Positions 25,057-38,020 of a stretch of 64,000 bases of DNA are shown here, piece by piece (position 1 is the stretch's first letter; each line of letters opens with the position of its first letter). Source of the DNA: Mobula hypostoma (lineage: Eukaryota); contig NC_086097.1 of assembly GCF_963921235.1 (NCBI RefSeq), positions 236,408,001 through 236,472,000 of the forward strand, in the 5' to 3' direction. The notes beneath the pieces are model-generated. The model had not been told where the DNA came from. It ran no database searches and saw nothing but the letters and a program-made list of their open reading frames with translations. The translations under genes were made by a program, and so were the position numbers.

Positions 25057-25154
25057 ATGATGTAATTGTCTTATACTACTGGAATGATGTAATGGTCTTG
25101 TGCCATTGGAATGATGTAATTGTCTTGTGCCATTGGAATGATGTAATTGTCTTG
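25057..25154 (+). repeat. 27-bp tandem repeat, about 3.6 copies, in the U3 of the LTR
   Basis: Unit ATGATGTAATTGTCTTGTGCCATTGGA starting at 25057, 25084, 25111 and 25138. Confidence 0.92.
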
Positions 25155-27012
25155 CGGTAGTGGGGTGATGTGATGTCATGTGATGGCATGTTCCAACTGG
25201 CATATAAGGGGAAACCGCAGTTGTTGCATAGTTCATTTTGTTGGGAGTCCACCATTGGTAGTTATGCCATTGGAGAAGAAGAAAAAGTGAGAGTGAAGAA
25301 TCCCCAGCTCCGAACGAGCCCCAAAAGGATTGGGGTTAACCAGTGACATTCAGCGCATTACAGGTGTGACTGACATTTGGAACCGTCCGTACGTGGCATA
25401 CACGTTTTGTTAACCCTGACACGGTTTGGGCTGTATGATGATCACTTTGTTGAAAGGTCAGTTACTTTGAGAAATCGTATTCTGCGTCATAACTTCGGAT
25501 AAGGCATTTCGGCTGGGAGCTGTGTCAGCAGTGACATCTTTACTTCGGGGACTGTTCCAAAGCTGGTTTGAGAAGTCTCTCCTCTCGAAAATTTCAGGAA
25601 TCATTTGATCTTATTAAGTTACCTCGAAGACAGAAACGGGTGAATTTATTACGGGGAACAAGGAAATGGCAGACGAGTTGAACAGGTACTTTGGATCTGT
25701 CTTCACTAGGGAAGACACAAACAATCTCCCAGATATAATAGTGACCAAAGGACCTAGGGTAATAGATGAACTGAAGGAAATTTATATTAGGCAGAAAATG
25801 GTGTTGGATAGACTGCTGGGTCTGAAGGCTAATAAGTCCACAAGACCTGATCGTCTGCATCCCAGGGTACTTAAGGAGGTGGCTTTAGAAATCGTGGATA
25901 CATTGGTAATCATTTTCCAATGTTCTATAGATTCAGGATCAGTTCCTGTGGATTGGGGGGTGGCTAATATTGTCCCTCTCTTCAAGAAAGGAGGAAGAGA
26001 GAAAACAAGGAAGGATAGACCGGTTAGCCTGACGTCAGTAGTGGGAAAGATGTTGGAGTCAATTATAAAAGATGAAATGGCGACGCATCTGGATAGCAGT
26101 AACAGGATCGGTCCGAGTCAGCATGGATTTACAAAGGGGAAATCGTGCTCGACTAATCTTCAGGAATTTTTTGAGGATGTAACTGTGAAAATGGACAAGG
26201 GAAAGCCAGTGGATGTAGTGTACCTGGACTTTCAGAAAGCCTTTGATAAAGTCCCACATAGGAGATTAGTGGGCAAAATTAGGGCACATGGTATTGGGGG
26301 AAGAGTACTGACATGGATTGAAAATTGGCTGGCTGACAGAAAACAAAGAGTAGCTATTAACGGGTCCCTTTCGGAATGGCAGGCGGTGATGAGTGGGGTA
26401 CTGCAGGGTTCAGTGCTGGGACTACAGCTGTTTACAATATATATTAATGATTTAGATGAGGGAATTAAAAGTAACATTAGCAAATTTGCCGATAACACAA
26501 AGCTGGGTGGCAGTGTGAAATGTGAGGAGGATGTTATGAGAATGCAGGGTGACTTGGACAGGCTGGGTGAGTGGGCAGATGCATGGCAGATGCAGTTTAA
26601 TGTGGATAAATGTGAGGTTATCCACTTTGGTGGTAAGAACAGGAAGGCAGATTATTAGCTAAATGGAGTCAAGTTAGGAAAAGGGGAAGCACAACGCGAT
26701 CTAGGTGTTCTTGTATGTCAGTCACTGAAAGCAAGCATGCAAGTACAGCAGGCAGTGAAGAAAGCTAATGGCATGCTGGCCTTCATAACAAGGGGAATTG
26801 AGTATAAGAGCAAAGAGGTCCTTCTGCAGCTGTACAGGGCCCTGGTGAGGCCACAACTGGAGTACTGCGTGCAGTTTTGGTCTCCAGGTTTGAGGAAGGA
26901 CATTCTTGCTATTGAAGGAGTGCAGCGTAGATTCACAGAGTTAATTCCCGGGATGGCGGGACTGTCCTATGTCGAAAGATTGGAGCGACTGGGCTTGTAT
27001 ACTCTGGAATTT

Positions 27013-28613
27013 AAATTCAAATTCAAATTCAAAAAACTTTATTGTCATTTATCGTACATCAGCTCTGCAGGGCAGAATGAGACAGCGTTTCCCAGGAGCA
27101 GTGCAATCATAGCATAACAAACGCAACACTAAATAATAAACATAACAATATGTATGGGGCCTTTCTTTTTTGTATGTTAAATTTAAAATGGCTTCTTTGT
27201 TATGTTATACTTGGGAATGCTTCTTTGTTATGTTAAATGCTGAGCAAGTCTCTAGCTAGACATTTGCTTGGGTTAATACAGATATCAGAGCGCTATTAGC
27301 CAATGGGTATTCATGTTATCATTTTTTTTGGATGATAATGCTCTCATATGACGGTGGACGGGGTTTTTGGCGGGGAGTCGGAGGAGAGACGGAGAGGATG
27401 GCGGACGTGCGGAAAGGCTCTGGTCGATCACTTCGGGCGGTCCCGAGCCATGAGTCGACAGGATCCGGGTGGTCGTCAGGAATTGATTGAGCTCCAACGG
27501 TTGTGCACAAAGAACTTGGACTTTGATAAGTCTGGCGCCTCTTTTTTTTCCATTACTTCCTTTTCTGTATCGAATTTATATGAATTTCATAGACTTAGTA
27601 ATATCCATAAAGTGTACTTGGTAAACGTACCGGGTGTGCTGGTTGATGATTGATGTTTGGGATTGATTCGGGCGGCAACCGACTCCGTGGGAAACGTTGA
27701 GGTGGGTGCTGAGTGGGATTTCCCCTAGACATATACGAGCCAATATAACTGAGTGTTACAAATAAATAGTAAAACACAACAGCCACATGTCAGTTAAAAT
27801 CAAGTTATAAGTGTCCAGTGTAAGTTAAAAGTGTCCAAAGCAGAGTCAGGTAGAGCAGCTATTTAGCAGTCTGACTGCCTGTGGGAGGAAGCTGTTTAGT
27901 AGCCTTGTGGTTTTAGTTTTGATGCTCCTGTAACGTTTGCCTGATGGCAGAAGAACAAACAGTTCATGGAGAGGGTGTGAGGGGTCTTTAATGATGTACC
28001 GTGTCTTCTGGAGGCATCGACTCTGAAAGACGTCTTAGACAGAAGGTAGGGAGATCCCAATAACCTTCTCTACTCCCCTAACCACCCTCTACAAGGCTTT
28101 TTTGTCGACAGCACTGCAGCTGGAGTACCAGGTTGTGATGCTAAAGGTCAGCACATTCTCAACCATGCCTCTGTGGAATGTAGTTAAGATGTTAGTGGGG
28201 AGTGATGCTTGTTTAAGCTTCCTCAGAAAGTGCAATCTCTGCTGGGCCCGTTTCACAATCCCAGTGGTGTTCCTGGACCAGGTGAGATTGTCCGAGATCT
28301 GCACCCCAAGGATCTTGATGTTTTCCACTCTCTCCACTGTGGAGCCGCTGATGCTGAGGGGTGTGTGCTCAGGCTGAGACAGTCTGAAATCGACGATCAT
28401 CTCCTTGGTTTTGGTGACATTAAGCATCAAGTTGTTATCACTGCACTAGCTCTCTAGGTGTTTGACCTCTTCCCTGTACATAGTTTCATCATTTTTGCTG
28501 ATGTACCCCACCACTATGGTATCATCAGCAAATTTAATGATCAGGTTCTCCTTGAATCTGGTTGCATAGTCATGTATTAGCAGTGTAAACAGCAATGGGC
28601 TAAGCACACAGCC
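27013..28613 (-). mobile_element. Rex/Babar-like LINE, 5'-truncated, interrupted by a solo LTR
   Basis: ORF 28089..28430 (LNVTKTKEMIVDFR, KRAQQRLHFLRKL); (TTTGAA)n tail with AATAAA at ~27013-27045. Confidence 0.88.
27151..27760 (+). mobile_element. Solo LTR (610 bp)
   Basis: TGTA...TACA ends; 4-bp TSD AATA; CpG-rich; 5' part homologous to the LTR at 48509-49153. Confidence 0.9.
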
Positions 28614-29529
28614 TTAGAAGGCTGAGAAGGGATTTTATTGAAACATATAAGATTATTAAGGGATTGGACACGCTGGAGGCAGGAAGCATGTTCCCGCTGA
28701 TGGGTGAGTCCAGAACCAGAGGCCACAGTTTAAGAATTAGGGGTAGGCCATTTAGAATGGAGTTGAGGAAAAACTTTTTCACCCAGAGAGCGGTGGATAT
28801 ACGGAATGCTCTGCCCCAGAAGGATGTGGAGGCCAAGTCTCTGGATGCTTTCAAGAAAGAAATGGATAGAGCTCTTAAAGATAGCAGGATCAAAGGTTAT
28901 GGGGATAAAGCAGGAACTGGATACTGATTGTGGATGATCAGCCATGATCACAATGAATAGCGGTGCTGGCTCAAGGGGCCGAATGGCCTACTCCTGCACC
29001 TATTGTCTATTGTCTATTAAGGCTGTGGTAAAATAACATCTGTTAAGAATTATCTCTAAGTTTGACTGTTTGATAACTATAGAAGCATACCACTGTTAAC
29101 ATCCGTTTGAGTTAATCGATCGTTTACTGTTCCATGTTTATTTGAGTAGAGGTTAATAAATGTCATTGTTTATTTTATAAAAGCTCAATTCAAATTCATC
29201 TCTGTTGCTGCTGGTTTATAACAATAGATCTCATAACTTTCTTTTGCACTTCTTACTCTGTGATTTCTTTTGAAAAGGAGCACTGGCAATGACACCTGTA
29301 AAAAAGTAATTTGAGATATTAATTTATCATTCATCATCTGAAAACTTCCAATTTCTACTTAGCTCTAGGTTAAATCTGTTAAAGTTATCGAAAATGTTCT
29401 TGGAAATATTCATTGATTGATAACCATGACAGATATATAAAGGAATCAAGAGGCAAATATTTACTTGCAAACCTTTTATTTTGTTTGAATCTGTTTGAAG
29501 ATACAAACATATATACGTACAAATGTTCC

Positions 29530-29775
29530 TGAATCTGAAGCTGTTCCTGAATCATGGGTGTGTGTCTTCAGGTTTCTGTACCTCCTTCCTGATGGTAGCA
29601 ATGAGAACACTGCATGACCTGGGCAATGGGGGTTCTTAATGATGGATGCTGCCATTTTGAGACACCGCACCTTGAAGATGCTTTGGATACTTCAAGATAC
29701 CCATGATTGAGCTGACTTACAACACTCTGCAGCTTATTTTGATCCTGTGAAGTAGCCTCCCCCATACCAGATGGT
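29530..29775 (-). mobile_element. Old Rex/Babar-like 3' fragment
   Basis: ORF 29476..29670 (ASIIKNPHCPGHAVFSLLPSGRRYR). Confidence 0.72.
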
Positions 29776-30534
29776 TTAGGGAGAGCAGAATTAACATCTC
29801 CGACAAGTACATTAGGATAGTAAGGCTGCATCATAGTTTACACTGAAAATACTCCAAGCTATGATTTGTTTCTGCTTTATGGATTGTTTCTGTTTTTGTT
29901 TTTTTTTACTATTACTTAGACAGAAATATCATGTTGATTGTGATCTTAGTTCTGTCAGATATTTAGAACTGTAATGTTAGCTCAAATATGGTACGTTGCT
30001 TTGAGGACATATTAAACTGAGCAAAAGCAAGATAACCTAAGTGCCAGAAGTTTGATGTGAAGACAGGAAATTTAGGAAATACTGAAAATGGTTCATTGAA
30101 ATGTTATACTTTGGACATCCATTCACTGATGCTGCCTGAGCATCTGAATATCTTGTTCTCTTTGCTTCCAGTTGAAATAGACTATTTTTCAGCTGCAGCC
30201 TTTATTTCCCCATTTAAAATTAATTCATGAGACTTAGGTCTCACTCCATCATGTTCAGGAAGCCCTCATTAGCCCTCAATCATCAGGCTTCTGAACAAGT
30301 GAGGACAACTTCATCCAACTCACTGAACTGAACACAACCTGTGGACTCACTTTCAAGGACTCTACAATTCATGTTCTCAGCAGTATTTGTTTATTTATTT
30401 ATTTACTTACCTACTTATTATTATTTGTGTTTCTTTTTGTATTTGTGGTTGTTCTTCTTTTCATATTCGTTGCCTGTCAGCTTATGAAGTTTTTTTTTAT
30501 TGATTCTATTATATTTCTTTGTTCTATTATGAAT

Positions 30535-30868
30535 TACTTCCAGCCTGTTACACCTGCTGGCACTTAGGGCATCAATGAAGGTTTTCCATCTCTCCCTACC
30601 TTGGCCATCGTATCATCGCACGCAATTGTAGAGGGATTCTTCATAGCTGTTTCCGTAACTGTTTTGTTTTACCAGTCAGGGTTGTTAGTCCTAAATTGAA
30701 CCCCCTGAACCTGGAGGACTGGTGGAGCACTCCCAGTCTGGCCTCTACCCTTTAACCTGCTTGGCATAGGTGACCCTACCAAGAGTCAAAGTATAATGGC
30801 CCATCTCCAGCTAGCATAGCTCTCTGGGTCATTGAGACGAGCCTCCAACCATGTGGTCCTCTTGGAGT
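30535..30868 (-). mobile_element. Interspersed SINE-like repeat, probably derived from an RTE-type LINE
   Basis: Further copies at ~41510-41725 and ~50475-50895 share 'GGCATGGGTGACCCTACCAAGAG...CATAGCTCTC'. Confidence 0.55.
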
Positions 30869-31462
30869 TTCTACTGTGACTGTCTAAAAGAAAATGAATC
30901 TCAGGGTACGGTGACACACATGTACATTGATAATAAATTTATTTTGAACGTTGAAGTCATACTTTAGAAAACGTTCCCTGTCCATTTCTCAAATTTCACT
31001 GTAGCAATAAGTTTTCTATCAAAACAGCGACCTTCAGAATAGAAAGAAAATCATTCTCTCTGGATTAGTACAAAGACAACAACAGTTCCAGTTCAATGAA
31101 CACATCACCGAAGTAAGCTCAGTCAAGCTGAAAGCAACTAAACATCCAAACAGAGCATTGCTCAGCTGACCTTTCACAGCTTGCCAGTGCCTGTCCAGAA
31201 GTTTTATTTTCACCAGACTAATTTGTTCACATTATTTTCTTCTAACAAAAAAAGCATGAATAAAGATATGGTTTATTTGCTGGGTTTACTTAATTCAAGC
31301 TTTAATCCTGTCACTGGGAGGAGAGAGCCAGGAGTTAATCTGGATGCCTACTCTAATTTTTAATTATCCTAATATTGGTTCTTTATGTCAACGATACAAA
31401 ATTATTGAACTCAGTTGTTAAACCATCTCTAGTCAGAAATGCATCTACAGCTGCAGAAATAG

Positions 31463-32042
31463 ATTCAGTGTTGAACTTTATTAGGTACCTTCTCTAGCTA
31501 ATAAAGTGGCCACGTAGTGTATGTTCATGGTCTCTTGTTACTGTATTTACAACAGGGTTCAATGTGTTGTGCATTCAGAGATGCCCTTCTGCACGCTACC
31601 GTTGCAATGTGTGATTACTTGAGTTACTGTCGCCTTCCTGTCAGCTTGAAAACAATCTGGCCATTCTCCTCTGACCACTCTCATTAACAAGGCATTTTCG
31701 CCTACTGAAATGCTGCTAGCAGAATGTTTTTTTTTTGTGGGAGGGGCGATTTCACGCCATTCGCTGTAAACTCTAGACTGTTGTGTGTGAAAATCCAGGG
31801 AAGCCAGCAGTTTTTGAAATGCTCAAACCACCCCATCTGGCACTAACAATCATTCCATGGTCAACGTCACTGAGATCACATTTCTTCCTTATTCTGATAT
31901 CTGCTCTGAACAATAGCTGAACCTCTTGACCATGTCTATATGCTTTTAGGTGTTGAATTGCTGCCACATGATTGGCTGATTAATTATTAACATTACCAAA
32001 CAGGTTTACCGGTATCCCTAATAAAGAGGCAACTGAGTCTAC
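31463..32042 (-). mobile_element. Tc1-derived non-autonomous element
   Basis: TIR-like ends (CAGTG..ACTTTATTAGG / CCTAATAAAG..CTGAG); ORF 31773..31967 is a Tc1 HTH remnant (KKCDLSDVDHGMIVSARWGGLSIS). Confidence 0.8.
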
Positions 32043-32326
32043 ATCCTTATGGTTCCCATTTAAACCAAAGACACTTGGAAACACATTATCTGAATACATT
32101 TGTGGAATATATTTATGTAAATGAAAAGCCCAGAAGAAAAAGACAGTGGGGAATTAAGCAACAGGAGATTATTTCAAATTAGCTTTTCTTCTTTTACATG
32201 CAGCCACCAGTTCAATGGATGAACTGAAGGGACAATTTCCTGGGAGCAGGCTGGAGTAATTCACCGACAGGCATTTAAGGATTTTATAGAATTAAGTGGT
32301 CGGTGGATTATGAAGAGATTTCCAGT

Positions 32327-33197
32327 TGTGACGAGAATACACATAAATTAAGATGTTTTCTGGCCTGGGCTAGCATCAGTGGCATCAGCAGTTGGTCTGC
32401 CACCTGTCCTCAGGGGAAGGAGAGATAAGGAACAATGAAGCAGCATCTGGAGATGTGAAATGAAGGGATGGGAGAGAGAGCTGTCTAGAGCGGCTCCCCC
32501 TTTGAACCCTGAACTGTTTGAAGTGATGGACAGGCGATACCCCAGCAGGGGGATAAAAAGGGGCAGGTTCGCTAAGGCAACACGCATGACACCCGAGGTA
32601 ACGAGACCCTGGAAGCGGTGCGCCTCTCACAAGTCGGTGGGAAGCTCTTGGTCGGCTGATCGGGGGATCAGCCTTAAACGCACAGGGTGGAAAGGTACGA
32701 TCAGCGGGAGCCCGGTGCGTGTCCGCCCTTGCTTGGGTGCCGGGTTCACTGCAGAGGATCGACCGCATCTGGAGGGGGGGTCACAGTCGGTGACCTCAGG
32801 TGACATCACAAAGGACCCGCCCGAAAGCTGCTTGTATCGCCGGTCTGTGAGTGGAAGCCGTTCTGAATGATCAGTCGTTCTCGTTTTCTCTCTCCCTCCC
32901 CCCCACGTTGTCCATCGCCATGGCAACGATTACTGCGAACTGAACTAAATTGGACTGAACTTTGTGTCACTTTGAAATTGGTCATTTACCCCTAGACAAC
33001 GATAGAGCTTGATTGATGCTGTTATCTTAATTCTGTGCACATGTGTGTTTATCATTGCTGAACTGTTGCATTTATTATCCTTTCGATTACTGTGTTGCTT
33101 GTTTCTTTAATAAAACTTTCTTAGTTCTAGTAATCCAGACTCCAACTGAGTGATCCATTTCTGCTGGTTTGGCAACCCAGTTACGGGGTACGTAACA
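32327..33197 (+). mobile_element. Solo LTR (871 bp), young-looking
   Basis: TGTGACG...CGTAACA inverted ends; 4-bp TSD CAGT at 32323-32326 and 33198-33201; TATA-like GATAAAA at ~32552; AATAAA at ~33109; CpG-rich. Confidence 0.92.
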
Positions 33198-33429
33198 CAG
33201 TTAAAACTCATCAACCACTGTGACAGGTCTACAGCAGATGCAATCTGACTGGCTCTCTTTTCTGCTTTTGAGTACCCAAACAACAGCAAAATTTACGTCA
33301 GGTTGCTGTCTGCCAATTGCAGCCCACCCTTCAATACCATTATTTCCTTAATATTTATCAACAATAACCTTGTACAATAACCTGCATTGTAACAATAGCC
33401 TTGCACTCAACATTCACAAGGCCAATGAA

Positions 33430-33737
33430 TTATTTATTTATTTATTTGTTTGTTTATTAAGATACAGCACAAATAGGTCCTTCTGGCCCTTCGAGCCACA
33501 AAGCCCAATAATTCCCTGATTTAATCTTAGCCTAATTACGGGATAATTTACAATGACCAATTAACCTATCAACCAGTCTTTACGTTTTTAGATCGTGGGA
33601 GTAAACTGGAGCACCCGAAGGAAACACATGCAGTCATCGGGAGAATGTACAAACTCCTTACAGTTAGCACTGGGAACTAGGCCCAAGTCACTGGCACCGT
33701 AAAGCATTGTGCTAACCACAACACTATTGTGCCACCC
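33430..33737 (-). mobile_element. V-SINE/HE1-like SINE
   Basis: Minus-strand tRNA-like head, V-domain-like 'TTCGGGTGCTCCAGTTTACTCCCAC' and a CR1-like 3' tail; similar copy at ~58200-58500. Confidence 0.7.
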
Positions 33738-33769
33738 TAGTTGTGGACTCCAGGAAACTGAAGTCCAGA

Positions 33770-35060
33770 AAATATGCACCAGTCCTCATTGAGAGTTTTG
33801 GTGAAAAGCGTAAGCAGCTTAAAGTTCCCAGGTGTCAACATCTTGAAGGATCACATTGGGCTTGAATATCAATGTGATCATCAAGAAGGCACATCAGCAG
33901 CTCTGCTTCATCAGGAATTTGAGATTTGGTATCTCACCAAAGACTCCTGCAAATTTCTACAGAATTGAATTGAATTGACTTTATTTTTTACATCCTTCAC
34001 ATACTTGAGGAGTAAAAATCTTTATGTTACATCTCCATCTAAATGTGCCATGTGTAATCATAGTAATTTATAATAATTTGTAATAAGTAGAACAGTCAAT
34101 GTAATATACAGTACACTCAAGTCAGCGTGAGGTAATCAGTCTGATGGCCTGGTGGAAGAAGCTGTCCCAGAGCCTGTTGGTCCTGACTTTTATGCTGCTG
34201 TACCGCTTCCCGGATGGTAGCAGCTGGAATAGATTGTGGTTGGGATGGTTTGGGTCCCCAATGATCCTACAGGCCCTTTTTACACACCCATCCTTGTAAA
34301 TGTCCTGAATTATGGGAAGTTCACAACTACAGATGCACTGGGCTATCTGCACCACTCTCTGCAGAGTCCTGCGATTGAGGGAAGTACAGTTCCCATACCA
34401 GGCAGTGATACAGCCAGTCAGGATGCTCACAATTGTGCCCCTGTAGAAAGTTCTTAGGATCTGGGGGCTCATACCAAACTTCCTCAACCGTCCAAGGTGA
34501 AAGAGGCACGGTAGTGCCTTTTTCACCACACAGCTGGTGTGTACAGACCACGTGAGATCCTCGGTGATTGGATGCTTAGGAACTTGAAGCCATTTACCTG
34601 CTCAACCCCAGATCCATTGATGTCAATAGGGATTAGCCCATCTCTGTTCCTCCTGTAATCCATAACCAGCTCCTTTGTTTTTGCGACATTGAAGGAAAGG
34701 TTGTTTTCTTGACACCACTGTGTCAGGGAGATGACTGGTTGCATCACTGTCTGATGTGGAGGCTCCAATGTGCAGGATCACAAAAGCCTACAGAGGGTTT
34801 TAAACTCAGACAGTTCCATTACAACACAATCCTCATAATCATTGAGGTTACCATGAAGGGGCAGTGCCTCAGGAATATGGTATTTATCATTAAGGACTCT
34901 TGCCATCTTGAACAAGCCCTCTTGTCACTACTACCATCAGGGAGAAAGTACAAGCCTGAAGACCCACATTCAATGATTCAGAAACAGGTTCTTCCACTGC
35001 GCCACCAGTTGTTTGAACAGTCCATGAACCCATGAACAATACCTTGAAATTTCTTTTTTT
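33770..35060 (+). mobile_element. Old Rex-like fragment interrupted by an antisense Rex-like copy
   Basis: Fragments at 33770-33962 and 34733-35060 (ORF 34709..35035, IIKDSCHLEQALLSLLPSGRKY). Confidence 0.65.
33963..34735 (-). mobile_element. Rex/Babar-like LINE, 5'-truncated
   Basis: ORFs 34523..34768 and 34122..34529; (CAATT)n tail on the element strand. Confidence 0.88.
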
Positions 35061-35794
35061 TTTGTACTACTTGAACATGCTACGGTTCATTGGCGAAAAC
35101 GTTTTGTTAACGAGAGAGGTCGGAGTAGAATGGCCAGCCAGGTTCAAGCTAACAGGAACGCAACCGTAACTGAAATAACCACATGTTACAATAGTGGTGT
35201 GCTGAAGAGCATCTCTAAATGCACAACACACACAACACATAAAACTTTGAAGTGCATGGCTATTGTTGCAAAAGGACACTGAGTGTAAGATAGTAATAAA
35301 CTGATTCTGGGTCTGAGTTGTATTGTACTGGTGGCAGGGAGATTACTTTCAAGGAGGATGGAACATGATTCAGCCACAACTAACTGGCATCAAAGCAGTG
35401 CTGAAAGTGGCAGTCTTTCTGTCTTGCCAACTACCCGGTTGAAGAATCATGGAGTCAAATAGCATAGAAGCATGCCCTTCAGCCAAATTCGCCCATTTTG
35501 ACTGTATTGCCCCGTCAGCTTGTCCCATCTGTCCGTGATTTGGCCCACAGCCCTCTAAACCTGTCCTATGTGTGTACTTATCTCAATGACTATTAACTGT
35601 TGCTAATATGCCCAGATCAACTAGTATTCTGGCAGCTCATTTTCTTGGATCTATGGAAACCTGGAATGTATTCATTCAATCAAATGCTGCTGTTAACCAT
35701 TAAGGCATGCAGTCTTCTTTTGAAATGTTAACATTTCTGGTCAGTTTCTTGAAAACAATTAAAGGGTATATTAGGTAGTTATATTATGGTATAT

Positions 35795-35832
35795 CAGTCC
35801 TGATGAAAGGCCTTGGCCTGAAACGTCAACTG
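35795..35832 (+). ncRNA. Minimal hammerhead ribozyme motif in a Penelope pseudo-LTR remnant
   Basis: CAGTC-CTGATGA-A-AGGC CTTG GCCT-GAAA-C-GTC-AACTG; intact cores and GUC triplet; one stem I mismatch next to the cleavage site. Confidence 0.68.
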
Positions 35833-36019
35833 TTTACCCTTTATCATAAATGCTGATAAATGCTGCCAGGCCTACTGAGTTCCTCCAGCACGTGTGTGAG
35901 TTGACAAGGGTATATTAGAGGATGGGTTTCTGATTTGTCAAAATGTGACATCTCTTTACCGCCAGGGAAGAGATTTCGGAAGACAGGCTTTTGTACACAT
36001 ATCTTTTGATTGTTTGTTA

Positions 36020-36382
36020 TGTGCCATGTTCTTAGACCCAAGTGATCATTGTCTTTCCATGACCATGATCGTTCTTGGCAAATTTTTCTGGAGAAGTAGT
36101 TTGCCATTGCCTTCTTCCAGGTAGTGTCTTTACAAGATGGATGACCCCAGCCATTATCAGTGCTCTTCAGAGACTGTCAGGGGTCGCATAACCAGGACTT
36201 CTGATATGCACCAGCTGCTCATACGACCATCCAGCACCTGCTCCCATGGCTTCACATGACCCTGATCGGGGGGGCGGGGGGTAGCGGGTAGCTAAGCAAT
36301 GCTACACTTTGCCTCGGGATGACCGGCAAGCTAGTGACTTACACCTCCTTTGGTAGAGACATATCTCCACCCCTCCCACCCA
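36020..36382 (-). mobile_element. SINE-like repeat, same family as 16830-17087
   Basis: Shared 'GCATAACCAGGACTT...CACCAGCTGCTCATACGACCATCC'. Confidence 0.6.
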
Positions 36383-36959
36383 GTACATATATACCCATAC
36401 AACATAGAATGTACATATATCCTTGGATACATTATGCCAATACTTTTGGGGTTTTATACAACCCTGATACTGGCACAGGATTTCCTGACGCACCAATTTA
36501 AATATAGCTTCAGGAGAATTCCAATTTTTAAACCTTTTTTCCTTTGAATTTTCTTTCCATTACCTTGAAAATTAAAGATTAGCTTTATTTGCTACACGTA
36601 TATTGAAACATTAAAACACACAGTGAAATGTGTTATTTTAGTCAATGACGAACATTGTCCGAGGATGTGCTGGGAGCACCCTAGAAGAGTCGCCACACTT
36701 CTTGCACCAATATCACATGCCCTCAATTTATTAACCATTTTAGGTTGAGGAGAATGTGGAGAGAATAAAATCTGGGATTACTGTAGATTGACATTAAGTG
36801 GTAGCTGATGGTCAGCATGGAGTTGATGGGCCATAGAGCATGTTCCCACACTGTATCTCTTTGTAACTCTCAGGTCGGGTAGCATCTATGGAGAGGTTTA
36901 AAAATTAGCTTTATTTGTCACATGTATGATGGATATTCACTGCCCAGGGTAGAAGGGCC

Positions 36960-38020
36960 AGAATCAGAATCAGGTTTATTATCACCGGCATGTGATGTGA
37001 AATTTGTTAACTTAACAGCAGCAGTTCATAATCTAGAAGAAAAAAAAAATAATAATAATAATAATAATAAATAAGCAAATCAATTACAGTATACGTATAT
37101 CGAATAGATTTGTTTTAATGTGCAAAAAACAGAAATACTGTGTATTAAGAAAGTGAGGTAGTGTCCAAGGTTTCAATGTCCATTTAGGAATCAGATGGCA
37201 GAAGGGAAGAAGTTGTTCCTGAATCGCTGAGTGTGTGCCTTCAGGCTTCTGTACCTCCCACCTGATGGTAACAGTGAGAAAAGGGCATGCCCTGGGTGCT
37301 GGACGTCCATAATAATGGATGCTGCCTTTCTGAGACACTGCTCTCTGAAGATATCCTGGGTATTTTGTAGGCTAGTACCAAAGATGGAGCTGACAAGATT
37401 TACAACCTTCTGCAGCTTCTTTCGGTCCTGTGCAGTAGACCCTCCTATATCAGACATTTGATGCAGCCTGTCAGGATGCTCCCTATAGTGCATCTATAGA
37501 AGTTTTTGAGTGTATTTGGTGACATGCCAATTCTGTTCAAACTCCAAATGAAGTACAGCCGCTGTCTTGCCTTCTTTATAACTACATTGGTATGTTGGGA
37601 CCTGGTTAGATCCTCAGAGATCTTGACACCCAGGAACTTGAAACTGCTCACTTTCTCCACTTCTGATCCCTTTATGAGGATTGGTATGGGTCCCATCATC
37701 TTACCCTTCCTGAAGTCCACAATCAGCTTTTTCATCTTACTGACGCTGAGTGCCAGGTTGTTGCTGTGGCACCACTCCACTAGTTGGCATATCTCACTCC
37801 TGTACATACTCTCATCACCACCTGAGATTCTACCAACAATGGTTGTATCATCAGCAAATTTATAGATGGTATTTGAGCTATGCCTTGCCACACACTCATG
37901 TGTATATAGAGAGTAGAGCAAAGGGCTAAGCACACACCCCTGAGATGCGTCAGTGTTGATCGTCAGCAAGTAGGATATGTTATCACCATTTTGCACAGAT
38001 GGTGGTCATCCAGTTAGGAA
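36960..38020 (-). mobile_element. Rex/Babar-like LINE, 5'-truncated
   Basis: ORF 37445..37996 (QGCVLSPLLYSLYT, KFADDTTIVG) and ORF 37191..37493; (GATTCT)n tail. Confidence 0.9.

Larger units (their letters stand above)
25619..29018 (+). mobile_element. CR1 LINE, 5'-truncated, interrupted at 27013-28613
   Basis: ORFs 25666..26658 (330 aa RT), 26737..27117 and 28664..28927; (TATTGTC)n tail; candidate TSD TATTAAG at 25612-25618 and 29015-29021. Confidence 0.93.
25027..29223 (+). mobile_element. Solo LTR (about 800 bp; parts 25027-25618 and 29019-29223) split by nested insertions
   Basis: Candidate TSD ATAG (25023-25026 and 29224-29227); degenerate 5' end TATTAC and 3' end ATAACA; TATA-like CATATAAG at ~25201; AATAAA at ~29155. 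Confidence 0.62.

Noticed and set aside
25057..25154. 27-bp repeats as a CRISPR-like array
   Set aside because: Head-to-tail units without unique spacers, inside an LTR in vertebrate DNA
32348..32926. GC-rich overlapping ORFs or CpG-island promoter
   Set aside because: Entirely within a TSD-flanked solo LTR
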